Source: Methylobacter sp.
GTDB taxonomy: Bacteria > Pseudomonadota > Gammaproteobacteria > Methylococcales > Methylomonadaceae
Direction of reading: 5' to 3'
Length of the DNA stretch: 64,000 nt
Assembly: GCA_036561025.1 (NCBI GenBank)
Contig: DATBQB010000017.1
Span: 93,544 to 157,543, forward strand
Below, piece after piece: positions 10,677-21,459 of this stretch. Position numbers and translations under genes: made by a program. Numbering within the stretch: the first letter of the stretch is position 1; every line of letters begins with the position of its first letter. A model generated the notes under the pieces. The model did not search any database and was not told where the DNA came from. It was given only the letters and a program-made list of their open reading frames with translations.

Positions 10677-11177
10677 AGAACCGTATTGAATTACTATGGA
10701 ACATAAAGACTATCTTCAAATATTTCCATCTGATGAACTTGAGCCCCCCATTGATGAAATTGATACAGGATTTAGTTCAAAATACATGCTGATTTTTTGC
10801 TAAACGCTATTTTCGTGCAGCTTTTAGGAGACTGTCCGATTACAACTCAATCAAAACATAACGCATTGAAACAATTGAAATATTATTTTTTAGTAAAACA
10901 GCAAAAAATCAATATCCTTCAAAATGGACTTACCTAATGCAAACAATTATCGACTTAACGGAGCTTGCTGAAGGTGACATTATGCTTAATTATTTTAAAA
11001 GAAAAATTATGACAAATGTTTTAGTGGTTCAAGTTGCTCAACCAAAATTATCTTTGCCGACCTTTCGGCATACCGCTACGCTACTTCATTCACCAATAAC
11101 TTCATGGATTACTCTACCTCCTCTGTCCTTCGGATTGCATCTTTTGCATTCACGCAGTCATCGTGCAGGATGACATT

Positions 11178-12584
11178 ATGAGTAACAGTCATGCCATTAT
11201 TCTTGCCGGCGGCAGCGGCAGTCGTCTCTGGCCGCTTTCGCGCACATTACGTCCCAAACAGTTGCTTCCGCTCGATGGCGAACGCACTTTGTTGCAACAA
11301 ACAGCAAATCGTTTGCTCAAGCATGTGAATGCCGAATGCTTGTTAACGGTGACTCATCAGGATCACAAGTTTGAGGTAAAGGGACAGTTGGCCGAAGTCG
11401 ATGCCCGGCTTCCTACTGCGGTATTGGCCGAACCTTGCGCGCGCAATACCCTGCCCGCGATTGCTTGGGCGGTATGGGAAATTTTTAAGCAGGATCCTGA
11501 CGGCACGGTCGGCGTTTTTCCTTCCGATCATGCAATTGGCGACGAACAAAGCTTTCTTTCGGCTTGGCGATCTGCCGAACTGGCGGCAGCAGACGGTTAT
11601 CTGGTATTGCTTGGCATCACGCCATCCGAACCGGCGACCGGTTACGGCTATATTCAACCTGGGGAATCCCTGAATATTCAGGCCGCAGTCAACCCGGTTT
11701 TGAGCGTGTCCCGTTTTGTCGAAAAACCGGCTCTGGAAAACGCAATAAAATTTGTCGAAAACGGTTACTTGTGGAATAGCGGTATGTTCGTATTCCGTGC
11801 CGGCGATTTTATGCAAATGCTGGAGCGGCATCAGCCTGAAATCCACCGGGCCATAACCTCCATGTCGGGAATGGCCGACGTGGAAGCGTCTTATGACAAA
11901 CTGCCGAATCTATCCATTGATTACGGTTTGGCCGAAAAAGCGAATAAAGTGGCGGTGGTGCCTGTGTCTATGGGCTGGAGCGATCTCGGCAGTTGGGAGT
12001 CTATTTATCAGCATCGCGACAAGGATGAAGCCGGCAATGTCGCCCAGGGCGATATTCTGGTGCATGACACTCAAGACAGCCTGCTATGGAGCTCGAACGG
12101 CCTGCTGGCTACTTTGGGCGTACGGAATATTGCGGTGATTCAGACCGCTGACGCGACATTAATTTGTGATCGAAACCGCACGGAAGACATCAAACAATTG
12201 GTCGCACTAGTACAGCAAACCCATCCTCATTTGACTGAAACGCATTTGACGGTACATCGTCCTTGGGGAATATACAGAGTGTTGGAAGAGGGACCTAATT
12301 TCAAGATCAAATGTATTATCGTCAATCCCGGAGCCAAGCTCTCCATGCAAATGCATAAACACCGCTCAGAGCACTGGGTTGTGGTATCCGGCGCAGCCAA
12401 AATCACTAATGGCCAACAGGAAATCAACTTGGAAGCCAACCAATCAACCTATATTCCCAAAACCCATCCGCATCGATTGGAAAACCCCGGCGACATTCCC
12501 TTGCAAATTATCGAGGTACAATGCGGCGAGTATGTGGGAGAAGACGATATTGTGCGTTTCGATGATACCTACGACAGAGCATAA
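11178..12584 (+). CDS. manC: Mannose-1-phosphate guanylyltransferase / mannose-6-phosphate isomerase
   Basis: [38 protein letters not shown] and C-terminal cupin HRPWG...HRSEHW. Confidence 0.95.
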   Translation: MSNSHAIILAGGSGSRLWPLSRTLRPKQLLPLDGERTLLQQTANRLLKHVNAECLLTVTHQDHKFEVKGQLAEVDARLPTAVLAEPCARNTLPAIAWAVWEIFKQDPDGTVGVFPSDHAIGDEQSFLSAWRSAELAAADGYLVLLGITPSEPATGYGYIQPGESLNIQAAVNPVLSVSRFVEKPALENAIKFVENGYLWNSGMFVFRAGDFMQMLERHQPEIHRAITSMSGMADVEASYDKLPNLSIDYGLAEKANKVAVVPVSMGWSDLGSWESIYQHRDKDEAGNVAQGDILVHDTQDSLLWSSNGLLATLGVRNIAVIQTADATLICDRNRTEDIKQLVALVQQTHPHLTETHLTVHRPWGIYRVLEEGPNFKIKCIIVNPGAKLSMQMHKHRSEHWVVVSGAAKITNGQQEINLEANQSTYIPKTHPHRLENPGDIPLQIIEVQCGEYVGEDDIVRFDDTYDRA

Positions 12585-12588
12585 CCCA

Positions 12589-13701
12589 ATGAATAAAATA
12601 GCATTAATTACCGGAATTACCGGGCAGGACGGTGCCTATCTGGCTGAGTTCCTGCTCCAAAAAGGCTACATAGTGCATGGCGTCAAGCGGCGATCATCAC
12701 TGTTCAATACCGACCGTATCGATCATCTCTATCAGGATCCGCACGTCAAGGATGCGCGTTTCTTTTTACATTTCGGCGACTTAACCGATGCGACCAACCT
12801 GATCCGCATTATCCAGCAAGTTCAGCCGGATGAAATTTACAATCTCGCCGCGATGAGCCATGTCGCGGTGAGCTTTGATACCCCCGAGTATACTGCCAAT
12901 GCCGACGGTATCGGTACGCTGCGTATTCTTGAGGCTATTCGCATTCTGGGTATGGAAAAGAAGACCCGTTTTTATCAGGCTTCTACCTCCGAGTTATACG
13001 GCTTGGTGCAGGAAACGCCGCAGAAAGAGACCACGCCGTTTTATCCGCGTTCTCCTTATGCCGTCGCCAAGCTTTATGGTTATTGGATCACTGTCAATTA
13101 CCGCGAGGCTTATGGCATGTATGCCTGTAACGGCATATTGTTTAACCACGAAAGTCCAATACGCGGCGAGACTTTTGTCACCCGCAAGATCACTCGTGCT
13201 TTGGCGCGGATAAAGCTGGGTTTACAAGATTGTCTTTATCTAGGCAATCTCGATGCCCTGCGCGATTGGGGGCATGCCAAAGACTATGTTGAGATGCAAT
13301 GGTTAATGTTGCAACAGGATCAGCCTGAAGATTTTGTTATCGCTACCGGCGAACAATATCGTGTGCGTGATTTTGTCAATACAGCGGCGAAAGAGCTGGG
13401 CATCTTTCTGTGTTGGGAAGGAAAAGGCGTTCAGGAAATTGGTATCGTGAGTCAAGCGGCGGCAGATCAACAGTTTTTAGTCGGTAAAACCATTATTCAA
13501 GTTGATCCGCGTTATTTCCGCCCCACCGAAGTGGAAACTTTGCTGGGCGATCCAAGTAAGGCAAAGGCGAAGTTGGGTTGGGCGCCCAAAATTACATTCA
13601 AGGAACTGGTAGAGGAAATGGCGCGTGAGGATTTAGCTCTTGCGCAGCGAGACCATTTTTGCCATACGGAAGGTTTCAAAACATATGCCCGGCATGAGTA
13701 A
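12589..13701 (+). CDS. gmd: GDP-mannose 4,6-dehydratase
   Basis: [32 protein letters not shown] and RDWGHAKDY. Start set at MNKIAL (12589), not the ORF-track 12379. Confidence 0.97.
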   Translation: MNKIALITGITGQDGAYLAEFLLQKGYIVHGVKRRSSLFNTDRIDHLYQDPHVKDARFFLHFGDLTDATNLIRIIQQVQPDEIYNLAAMSHVAVSFDTPEYTANADGIGTLRILEAIRILGMEKKTRFYQASTSELYGLVQETPQKETTPFYPRSPYAVAKLYGYWITVNYREAYGMYACNGILFNHESPIRGETFVTRKITRALARIKLGLQDCLYLGNLDALRDWGHAKDYVEMQWLMLQQDQPEDFVIATGEQYRVRDFVNTAAKELGIFLCWEGKGVQEIGIVSQAAADQQFLVGKTIIQVDPRYFRPTEVETLLGDPSKAKAKLGWAPKITFKELVEEMAREDLALAQRDHFCHTEGFKTYARHE

Positions 13702-13748
13702 GCCTACTGAGTATTTGGTTTTTGGGCTAACTTGACGAGACTGAAAAT

Positions 13749-14678
13749 ATGAAAATTCGTGTTCTGCTGACGGGCGGAAGCGGCATGGTGGGCAGAAATT
13801 TTCTTGAGCATCCTGCTATCGGTGAATTCGATGTTCTTGCGCCGCAGAGTAGTGAACTCAATCTGCTGGATAACAGGGCGGTAGAGGCCTATCTGGCTGA
13901 AAAGAAGCCCGATCTCGTGATTCATGCAGCAGGCCGGGTCGGCGGCATTCAGGCCAATATGAGGGACCCCGTCCGCTTCCTGATGGACAATCTCGATATG
14001 GGCCGCAACATCGTTTGGGCTGCGCATCAGGCAGGCATTAAGCGCTTGATCAATCTGGGCAGCTCCTGCATGTATCCGCGCAATTACTCCGAACCGTTGT
14101 GCGAAGAAATGGTACTTAAAGGCGAGCTGGAACCTACCAACGAAGGCTATGCTCTAGCCAAGGTGGTGACGGTGAGGCTGTGCGAGTACATCATGCGAGA
14201 AGATGACACTTACCGATATAAGACGCTTATCCCATGCAATCTCTATGGCCGTCATGACAAGTTCGATCCGGCGCATTCGCATCTGGTGCCTGCGATTATC
14301 CATAAAGTCTATCAGGCGAAACAAAGTGGGCAGCAGGCTGTCGAGATATGGGGCGACGGAACTGCCCGGCGCGAATTCATGTATGCAGGCGATTTGGCTG
14401 ACGCGATGGTTCGCGCTATCACGGAGTTCGATTCCTTGCCGAATTTGATGAACGTGGGCTTGGGTTATGACTACACCATCAACGAATACTATCAAGCCGC
14501 AGCCGAGGTGATGGGGTATACCGGGGAGTTCGTTCACGACCTTAGCAAACCGGTCGGAATGGCGCGCAAACTGGTCAGCGTGGAGCGTCAGCAGGCATGG
14601 GGTTGGTCGGCGCGCCATGATTTGCGTGAAGGCATCGAAAAAACCTACAACTATTATTTGAAGGCATATCAGCAATGA
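13749..14678 (+). CDS. fcl: GDP-L-fucose synthase-family epimerase/reductase, here probably GDP-L-colitose synthase (ColC-like)
   Basis: TGGSGMVG, AAGRVGGIQAN, LGSSCMYP, EPTNEGYALAK and WGDGTARREF; directly upstream of a ColD-like gene. Confidence 0.9.
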   Translation: MKIRVLLTGGSGMVGRNFLEHPAIGEFDVLAPQSSELNLLDNRAVEAYLAEKKPDLVIHAAGRVGGIQANMRDPVRFLMDNLDMGRNIVWAAHQAGIKRLINLGSSCMYPRNYSEPLCEEMVLKGELEPTNEGYALAKVVTVRLCEYIMREDDTYRYKTLIPCNLYGRHDKFDPAHSHLVPAIIHKVYQAKQSGQQAVEIWGDGTARREFMYAGDLADAMVRAITEFDSLPNLMNVGLGYDYTINEYYQAAAEVMGYTGEFVHDLSKPVGMARKLVSVERQQAWGWSARHDLREGIEKTYNYYLKAYQQ

Positions 14679-15841
14679 GTTTCAAATTTCCATTAGCTGC
14701 CGCCTCTTGGGATAAAGAAGAGATCGTTGCGATGCAGCGCGTTATCGCATCCGGCATCTTCACCATGGGTGCTAACGTGCAAGCTTTCGAGCGCGACTTC
14801 GCACACTATGTCGGTAGTCGGCATTGCGTGATGGTGAACTCCGGCTCTTCGGCCAACCTGTTGATAGTGGCGGCATTGTTCTACACCAAGAATGACAAGC
14901 TGAAACTGCAACGCGGCGATGAAGTCATCGTGCCGGCGGTGTCGTGGAGCACCACCTATTATCCGCTGTATCAATACGGTTTGAAGATCAAGTTTGTCGA
15001 TATCGATTTGCACACCTTGAACTATGATCTCGACCAGCTGAAGCAAGCCGTCACTGATAAGACCCGCGCAATCATGGCTGTGAATCTGCTAGGCAATCCA
15101 AATGATTTCGAACGTATCCAACAGATCATCGGCAATCGTGACATCGTTTTGATCGAAGATAACTGCGAATCCATGGGAGCCACTTTCCAAGGCAAGCAAG
15201 CCGGAACCTTTGGCGTGATGGGCAGCTTCAGTTCATTCTTTAGTCACCATATCTCCACTATGGAGGGCGGCCTGATCGTTACGGATGACGAAGAGCTTTA
15301 CCAAATCCTGCTGTCGCTCCGTGCCCACGGCTGGACGCGCAATCTGCCCAAGCACAACCTTGTCTGTAGCGACAAAAGTGATGACCCGTTCGAGGAATCG
15401 TTCCGTTTCGTGCTGCCCGGTTACAACGTGCGTCCGTTGGAATTGGAGGGTGCGCTGGGTGTCGAGCAACTGAAGCGTTTGCCGAACATGGTGGAAGAGC
15501 GCCGCAAGAACGGCAAATTGCTGCAAACGGCGCTAGGCGATCATCCTGACATTCTTATCCAACGCGAGATCGGCGAAAGCAGTTGGTTCGGATTTAGTCT
15601 AGTGATTCGACCCGGCCGCCAACTGACGCGCAAAACGTTGGTGGCAAAACTGAATGAGCTGGGCTTTGAGTGTCGCCCTATCGTGACAGGTAATTTTGCC
15701 AAGAACGAGGTGGTAAAATATTTCGACTCGGAAGAACATGGTACGCTGAAAAATGCGGAGCACATCGACCAGAGCGGGCTATTTGTTGGCAACCATCATT
15801 ACCCGATACCTGAAGCCTTTGCGGCGCTTGCCAAATTGTAA
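14675..15841 (+). CDS. colD: GDP-4-keto-6-deoxy-D-mannose 3-dehydratase (ColD-like, PLP-dependent)
   Basis: DegT fold in which the Schiff-base Lys position is His (FSSFFSHHISTMEGG), the ColD signature; follows gmd and fcl. Confidence 0.85.
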   Translation: MSFKFPLAAASWDKEEIVAMQRVIASGIFTMGANVQAFERDFAHYVGSRHCVMVNSGSSANLLIVAALFYTKNDKLKLQRGDEVIVPAVSWSTTYYPLYQYGLKIKFVDIDLHTLNYDLDQLKQAVTDKTRAIMAVNLLGNPNDFERIQQIIGNRDIVLIEDNCESMGATFQGKQAGTFGVMGSFSSFFSHHISTMEGGLIVTDDEELYQILLSLRAHGWTRNLPKHNLVCSDKSDDPFEESFRFVLPGYNVRPLELEGALGVEQLKRLPNMVEERRKNGKLLQTALGDHPDILIQREIGESSWFGFSLVIRPGRQLTRKTLVAKLNELGFECRPIVTGNFAKNEVVKYFDSEEHGTLKNAEHIDQSGLFVGNHHYPIPEAFAALAKL

Positions 15842-15853
15842 AAGAGGAATTCA

Positions 15854-16627
15854 ATGAAAGCCGTCATTCTTGCTGGTGGATTAGGGACGCGAATCAGCGA
15901 AGAGACCTCTACGCGTCCGAAACCGATGATTGAGATCGCTGGACGCCCGATTCTTTGGCATATCATGAAAATATACTCAGCTCATGGTATCAACGAGTTC
16001 GTAGTGTGCTGTGGCTACAAAGGCTATGTCATCAAGGAATACTTTGCCAATTATTTTCTGCACATGTCTGATGTGACATTCGATATGCAGGGCAACAAGA
16101 TGGAAGTGCATCAACGCAACGCCGAGCCATGGAGAGTGACATTGGTAGATACCGGCGACGATACCATGACGGGTGGCCGTCTAAAACGTGTGGCGGACTA
16201 TATAAAGAACGAGTCCGAGTTTTGTTTTACTTATGGCGACGGCGTTGCAGATATTGATGTCGGCGCGCAGATTGCTTTTCACAAACAGCATGGCAAGATC
16301 GCTACCGTTACCGCTGTGCAACCTCCCGGACGCTATGGTGCGCTCAATATGGATGGAGATGCGGTGCGAGGTTTTATCGAGAAACCGCAGGGCGATGGTG
16401 GCTGGATCAACGGTGGGTTCTTTATCTTGTCGCCGCGCTGCCTGGAATTTATTGACGATGATGCAACTTCTTGGGAAGGGCCGGCGTTAAGCCGTCTGGC
16501 TTCACAAGGCGAGTTAATGGCATATCAGCATCGAGGATTTTGGCAGCCTATGGATACACTGCGCGATAAGAATCATTTGGAAAACCTGTGGCAGAGCAAT
16601 CAAGCACCGTGGAAGACGTGGAATTGA
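15854..16627 (+). CDS. rfbF: Glucose-1-phosphate cytidylyltransferase
   Basis: KAVILAGGLGTRISEET..RPKPM, TMTGGRLKR, WINGGFF and FWQPMDTLRDK. Confidence 0.96.
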   Translation: MKAVILAGGLGTRISEETSTRPKPMIEIAGRPILWHIMKIYSAHGINEFVVCCGYKGYVIKEYFANYFLHMSDVTFDMQGNKMEVHQRNAEPWRVTLVDTGDDTMTGGRLKRVADYIKNESEFCFTYGDGVADIDVGAQIAFHKQHGKIATVTAVQPPGRYGALNMDGDAVRGFIEKPQGDGGWINGGFFILSPRCLEFIDDDATSWEGPALSRLASQGELMAYQHRGFWQPMDTLRDKNHLENLWQSNQAPWKTWN

Positions 16628-17688
16628 ATAAAGATTTTTGGCGCGGGAAGCGCGTCTTTTTAACCGGGCATACCGGATTCAAAGGAGGTTGGCTGTCCCT
16701 ATGGTTGCAATTCATGGGCGCCGAAGTGCATGGTTATGCGCTCAACCCACCGACCGAGTTCAATCTTTTTACTGTGGCGGAAGTTGGCAAAGGCATGGCA
16801 AGCAGCATCATAGCGGACATCCGGGATGCCGATAAGCTGCGGGAATCCATGCAAACCGTAAATCCGGAAATCGTTTTCCATTTGGCGGCACAATCATTGG
16901 TGCGCCATTCCTATGCGCAACCTACAGAAACCTACGCAGTAAATGTGATGGGTACGGTACATTTACTTGAGGCCGTGCGCGCCACACCGAGCGTGAAAGC
17001 AGTAGTGAATGTCACTACCGATAAATGTTATGAAAATCGCGAATGGGCATGGGGTTACCGAGAAACAGAGGCGATGGGCGGATTTGATCCCTATTCCAGC
17101 AGCAAGGGCTGTGCAGAGTTGGTTACATCGGCTTATCGACAGTCATTTTTGGAGCAAAAAGGTATAGCGCTGGCTAGTGCAAGAGCGGGTAATGTGATTG
17201 GCGGCGGCGACTGGGCAACTGATCGTCTGTTGCCAGATTTTTTTCGCGCGATGGATGCGGGTGAAATACTCAATATTCGTTCACCCCAATCTACACGCCC
17301 TTGGCAGCATGTACTGGAGCCTCTGTCCGGGTATTTGACGCTGGCCGAACGGCTCTACGAAAACGGCATGCAGTTTGCGGAGGCATGGAACTTTGGCCCG
17401 CGCGATGAAGACGCCCGCTCGGTAAAGTGGATTCTGGAGCGATTGGCCGAAATACGTAAGGACGTCATTTGGCAATGCGACGAAACGCCACAACCGCACG
17501 AAGCACACTATCTAAAATTGGACAGCAGCAAGGCGCGCCATCAGTTGAGCTGGCATCCCCGCTGGAATTTGCAGACGGCATTACATAAAACTCTGGAATG
17601 GCATGAGGCGTGGAGTAATTCTGAAGACATGCTCTTAGTCACGCAGGCACAAATAACAGAATATCAATCTCTGGAACGATACGGCTAA
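16618..17688 (+). CDS. rfbG: CDP-glucose 4,6-dehydratase
   Basis: FWRGKRVFLTGHTGFKGGWL, VTTDKCYEN, DPYSSSK and RPWQHVLEPL; start near 16618-16624. Confidence 0.96.
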   Translation: MELNKDFWRGKRVFLTGHTGFKGGWLSLWLQFMGAEVHGYALNPPTEFNLFTVAEVGKGMASSIIADIRDADKLRESMQTVNPEIVFHLAAQSLVRHSYAQPTETYAVNVMGTVHLLEAVRATPSVKAVVNVTTDKCYENREWAWGYRETEAMGGFDPYSSSKGCAELVTSAYRQSFLEQKGIALASARAGNVIGGGDWATDRLLPDFFRAMDAGEILNIRSPQSTRPWQHVLEPLSGYLTLAERLYENGMQFAEAWNFGPRDEDARSVKWILERLAEIRKDVIWQCDETPQPHEAHYLKLDSSKARHQLSWHPRWNLQTALHKTLEWHEAWSNSEDMLLVTQAQITEYQSLERYG

Positions 17689-17690
17689 CT

Positions 17691-18251
17691 ATGTCGCGTT
17701 TTGATTTTACTCCAACCTCTCTGAAGGGATTGACGCTGGTACAGCGCAAAGTACTTGAAGACCATCGCGGTTTTTTGTCGCGTTTTTATTGTGCTGAAGA
17801 ATTTGGTGCGGCTGGCGTCGTAAAAGCTATCGCTCAAATCAATCACACACTCACACGCAGAAAAGGCGCAGTTCGCGGCCTGCATTTTCAATATCCACCG
17901 CATACCGAAACCAAGCTGGTAAGCTGCTTGCAAGGCGAAATATTCGATGTGGCCGTTGATTTGCGTCGTGATTCACCGACCTTTTTGCATTGGCATGGCG
18001 TGGTGCTCTCAGCACAGAATCGTCAAAGCCTGCTCATCCCTGAAGGATTTGCACACGGTTTTCAGGCATTGTCAGAAGATTGCGAGTTGATTTATTTGCA
18101 CACGGCTGCTTATTGCCCCGAATCGGAGGACGCCCTGAACGTTGCCGACCCAAAGCTCGGCATTGCTTGGCCACTTGTTATTACCGAAATTTCAGAGAGA
18201 GACTATAACCATAGAATGATTGAACAAAACTTTCAGGGAATTACTTTATGA
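17691..18251 (+). CDS. NDP-4-keto-6-deoxyhexose 3,5-epimerase (RmlC family)
   Basis: DHRGFLSR, VRGLHFQ, DVAVDLR..SPTF and IPEGFAHGFQ. Confidence 0.9.
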   Translation: MSRFDFTPTSLKGLTLVQRKVLEDHRGFLSRFYCAEEFGAAGVVKAIAQINHTLTRRKGAVRGLHFQYPPHTETKLVSCLQGEIFDVAVDLRRDSPTFLHWHGVVLSAQNRQSLLIPEGFAHGFQALSEDCELIYLHTAAYCPESEDALNVADPKLGIAWPLVITEISERDYNHRMIEQNFQGITL

Positions 18252-19474
18252 AATGTCGTCATTGCCAGGCTAAGCTAACGTTGTCGCTGATTGATTTGGG
18301 TACAGCGCCGCCATCCAACGCCTATCTCACCCAGCAAACATTGCATTCGCCTGAAAAATATTTTCCTTTGCGGGTACTGGTGTGTACCGAATGCTGGTTG
18401 GTACAAACCGAAGACTACGCTGGAGCAGACGAGTTATTCTCCGCCGATTATGCTTATTTCAGTTCGTTTTCGATGACTTGGTTAAAACATGCTGAGAAAT
18501 ATGTGGCGGATATGGCGCAACGTTTTGCCTTAGATAAAAATTCCCATATCGTTGAAGTGGCGGCGAATGATGGCTACTTACTGCAGTACGCAAAAGCACG
18601 TGGCATACCTTGCTTAGGTATAGAACCTACCACCAGCACAGCTGATGCCGCGCGCGCCAAAGGTATCGAAATCGTTGAAGCATTTTTCGGTGTGAAGTTG
18701 GCTCAGCAACTTGCAGCGCAAGGGAACCAGGCCGACCTGACAACCGCCAACAACGTATTAGCGCATGTTCCGGACATTAATGATTTCGTCGGAGGTTTTG
18801 CGATGTTACTTAAACCAGCAGGCGTGGCGACCTTTGAGTTCCCCCATCTGCTGCACTTGGTATCTGAAAACCAGTTCGACACCATTTATCATGAGCACTA
18901 CTCCTATCTTTCACTGACTGCGGTTAAGCGTATTTTTGAGCATAATGGCTTGAATGTCTTTGATATCGAGGAACTGCCTACACACGGCGGCAGCTTGCGT
19001 GTTTATGCACAGCGTAGCGATACAGGAGAGCGTGAAGCCAATTCGAATGTAGTCAAGATATTAGAGCGCGAGGCAGCGGTAGGTATCACTGCTTCAGCGT
19101 TTTATACAGGCTTTCAAGACAAGGCAGATCGGGTGAAAAATGATTTACTAACCTTCCTAATTGAGGCTAAGCAAGCAGGCAAAACAGTAGCCGGATATGG
19201 TGCGGCTGCAAAGGGGAATACGCTATTGAATTACGCGGGTGTTCGACCTGATTTGTTACCGTACGTGGTAGATCGCAATCCGGCTAAGCAAGACAAATTT
19301 TTACCGGGATGTCGTATCCCGATTGTTGCTGAAACGCATCTAAGACAAACAAAACCGGATTACATAGTAATCCTGCCCTGGAATTTGCGCGAAGAAATAA
19401 TGGTTCAATTAGCCTATATTCGTGACTGGGGCGGACAGTTTGTAACTGCAGTGCCAGTTTTGGAGATCAAATGA
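18248..19474 (+). CDS. NDP-sugar C-methyltransferase (class I SAM, Zn-binding N-terminus)
   Basis: CRHC...CTECWLVQ, EVAANDG, NNVLAHVPD, FDTIYHEHYSY, HGGSLR and GYGAAAKGNTLLN. Confidence 0.88.
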   Translation: MKCRHCQAKLTLSLIDLGTAPPSNAYLTQQTLHSPEKYFPLRVLVCTECWLVQTEDYAGADELFSADYAYFSSFSMTWLKHAEKYVADMAQRFALDKNSHIVEVAANDGYLLQYAKARGIPCLGIEPTTSTADAARAKGIEIVEAFFGVKLAQQLAAQGNQADLTTANNVLAHVPDINDFVGGFAMLLKPAGVATFEFPHLLHLVSENQFDTIYHEHYSYLSLTAVKRIFEHNGLNVFDIEELPTHGGSLRVYAQRSDTGEREANSNVVKILEREAAVGITASAFYTGFQDKADRVKNDLLTFLIEAKQAGKTVAGYGAAAKGNTLLNYAGVRPDLLPYVVDRNPAKQDKFLPGCRIPIVAETHLRQTKPDYIVILPWNLREEIMVQLAYIRDWGGQFVTAVPVLEIK

Positions 19475-20577
19475 AGTCACGCATTTTCTACACAAAGCCT
19501 TCCATTACCGAGAAGGAAGTTGCATACGCCACCGACGCTGCTCGTAATGGCTGGGGAGAGCGTTGTTATGAATATATAACCCGCTTTGAAGACAAATTTC
19601 GCGAGTTCACCGGAGCTAATTATGCGATTGCCACGTCAAGCTGCACGGGTGCGCTGCACATGGGCTTGGCCGCTTTAGGTGTGGGACAGGGCGATGAGGT
19701 CATTCTGGCGGATATTAATTGGATCGCATCGGCAGCCCCCATAACTTACCTCGGAGCTAAACCGGTATTTGTGGACATTTTGCCGGATTCCTGGTGTATT
19801 GATCCTGGCTTGGTAGAAGCCGCAATTACACCCAAGACGAAAGCGATTATTGCCGTCCACTTATATGGCAATCTTTGCGACATGGGGCGCTTGCTTGAAA
19901 TCGGAGCGAAGCATGGCATTCCAGTTATCGAAGATTCTGCCGAGGCGATCGGTTCGTACTGGAATGGACATCATGCAGGAACATTGGGTGCGTTTGGGGC
20001 GTTTTCCTTTCATGGCACCAAGACGTTGACAACTGGCGAAGGAGGAATGTTCATTACTCAGGATCGGGATCTTTTTGAAAAAGTGCTAACCTTGAGCAAT
20101 CACGGCCGCGCTGCCGGGCAAACCAAACAGTTTTGGGCGGACATGGTCGGTTTCAAGTACAAAATGTCCAATATCCAAGCGGCAATCGGATATGCGCAGA
20201 TGGAGCGTATCGGGGATCTCGTTGTGGCGAAACGGCATATTTTTAATTACTACAAAAACAACCTCCAGGGCTTGCCGTTAACCATGAATCCGGAATCGGC
20301 AGGCACGAGGAACGGGTACTGGATGCCTACCATCGTAATCAACGAAGGCGTTTCTTTTGACCGGGAAGAGTTACTTGCGGCGTTCAAAGCGGATAATATC
20401 GACGGGCGAGTCTTTTTCTGGCCGCTAAGCATGCTGCCCATGTTTACGGCAAAGTTGGAGAATGCAGTCAGTTATGGGCTTTATTCACGTGCGGCCAATC
20501 TTCCTTCGTATCATGACTTGACCGAGCCGGAGATGGATAGGGTCATTGAGCACGTCAGGCAACACCTCAGTGCATAA
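19471..20577 (+). CDS. DegT/DnrJ/EryC1/StrS sugar aminotransferase (perosamine-synthase-like)
   Basis: TSSCTGALH, IEDSAEA and FSFHGTKTLTTGEGG with the catalytic Lys. Confidence 0.92.
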   Translation: MKSRIFYTKPSITEKEVAYATDAARNGWGERCYEYITRFEDKFREFTGANYAIATSSCTGALHMGLAALGVGQGDEVILADINWIASAAPITYLGAKPVFVDILPDSWCIDPGLVEAAITPKTKAIIAVHLYGNLCDMGRLLEIGAKHGIPVIEDSAEAIGSYWNGHHAGTLGAFGAFSFHGTKTLTTGEGGMFITQDRDLFEKVLTLSNHGRAAGQTKQFWADMVGFKYKMSNIQAAIGYAQMERIGDLVVAKRHIFNYYKNNLQGLPLTMNPESAGTRNGYWMPTIVINEGVSFDREELLAAFKADNIDGRVFFWPLSMLPMFTAKLENAVSYGLYSRAANLPSYHDLTEPEMDRVIEHVRQHLSA

Positions 20578-20607
20578 TTCTGAAACCAGTTAATCCGCGA
20601 GGAAACT

Positions 20608-21456
20608 ATGAATCAAAACAGATTGCTTACTGAAAAGCAGATATCAGAATTTTGCCGCGATGGCGTGTTGATACTGAGAAATTTCTATAGCTTGGAACGC
20701 GATATATACCCGATTCAGAAAGCCGTACATGAAATTATCGGATTGATTATTGCAAAATATAAGCTTCCGATTGTCCGTCCGGAATTTACCCCGGAATCGT
20801 TCGATGCGGGATTTCAGCAGGTGATTTCGGCTAACAGGGCATACGGGGCGGAGATTTACGATGCCGTGAAGCAAATTCCTGCGTTCATCCGCCTTGTTGC
20901 CGATCCGGTGCATGAGCAATTATTTCGTGAGTTGCGTGTGGGTTCTTTGCCTGCGGTTGCTGCGGGTGGCTACGGCGTGCGTATTGATAATCCAAACGAA
21001 GACAAATTCCGCGCGAACTGGCATCAGGAATATCCAGCACAGTTGCGTAGTCTAGATGGATTGGTTTACTGGAGCCCGCTAGTTCGTGTCACTGAAGATA
21101 TGGGACCGGTTGAGTTTTGTCTAGGTTCGCAAGTCGAAGGACCGGTATCGGTGTTTACTCGGGAAAAAAACAGCCCAGAAAAGACGGGGGCATATTCTCT
21201 GACCCTCAAAGATGAGCAGAATTTGCTGAAGAAGTATTCGCATGTTAGCCCGCTCACGGCACCAGGAGATTTGGTCATCATAGACTTTTTGGTTTTACAT
21301 GCATCGGGGCACAATAGAAGCAATCGATCTAGATGGTCAATGCAATTGCGCTATTTTAATTATATGGAACCAACAGGACTTTCTCATGGATGGAAAGGTT
21401 CATATGCTGCTGGCATCGATTTTCGTCAGGTACACCCTGAACTCTGCGCGGACTAA
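20608..21456 (+). CDS. Phytanoyl-CoA dioxygenase (PhyH)-family Fe(II)/2-oxoglutarate oxygenase
   Basis: N-terminal EFCRDGVLILRNF, WHQE (HxE) and distal LHASGHN.S..SRWS. Confidence 0.75.
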   Translation: MNQNRLLTEKQISEFCRDGVLILRNFYSLERDIYPIQKAVHEIIGLIIAKYKLPIVRPEFTPESFDAGFQQVISANRAYGAEIYDAVKQIPAFIRLVADPVHEQLFRELRVGSLPAVAAGGYGVRIDNPNEDKFRANWHQEYPAQLRSLDGLVYWSPLVRVTEDMGPVEFCLGSQVEGPVSVFTREKNSPEKTGAYSLTLKDEQNLLKKYSHVSPLTAPGDLVIIDFLVLHASGHNRSNRSRWSMQLRYFNYMEPTGLSHGWKGSYAAGIDFRQVHPELCAD

Positions 21457-21459
21457 AAG

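Noticed and set aside
10937-11173. 78-aa ORF upstream of manC
   Set aside because: No family motif, lies in an AT-rich promoter-like region and overlaps the manC start.
10680-11177. JUMPstart/ops element ahead of the glycan locus
   Set aside because: No GGCGGTAGCGT-like match on the coding strand; only partial look-alikes.
12379-12588. N-terminal extension of Gmd given by the ORF track
   Set aside because: Overlaps the manC cupin domain; Gmd homology begins at MNKIAL (12589).
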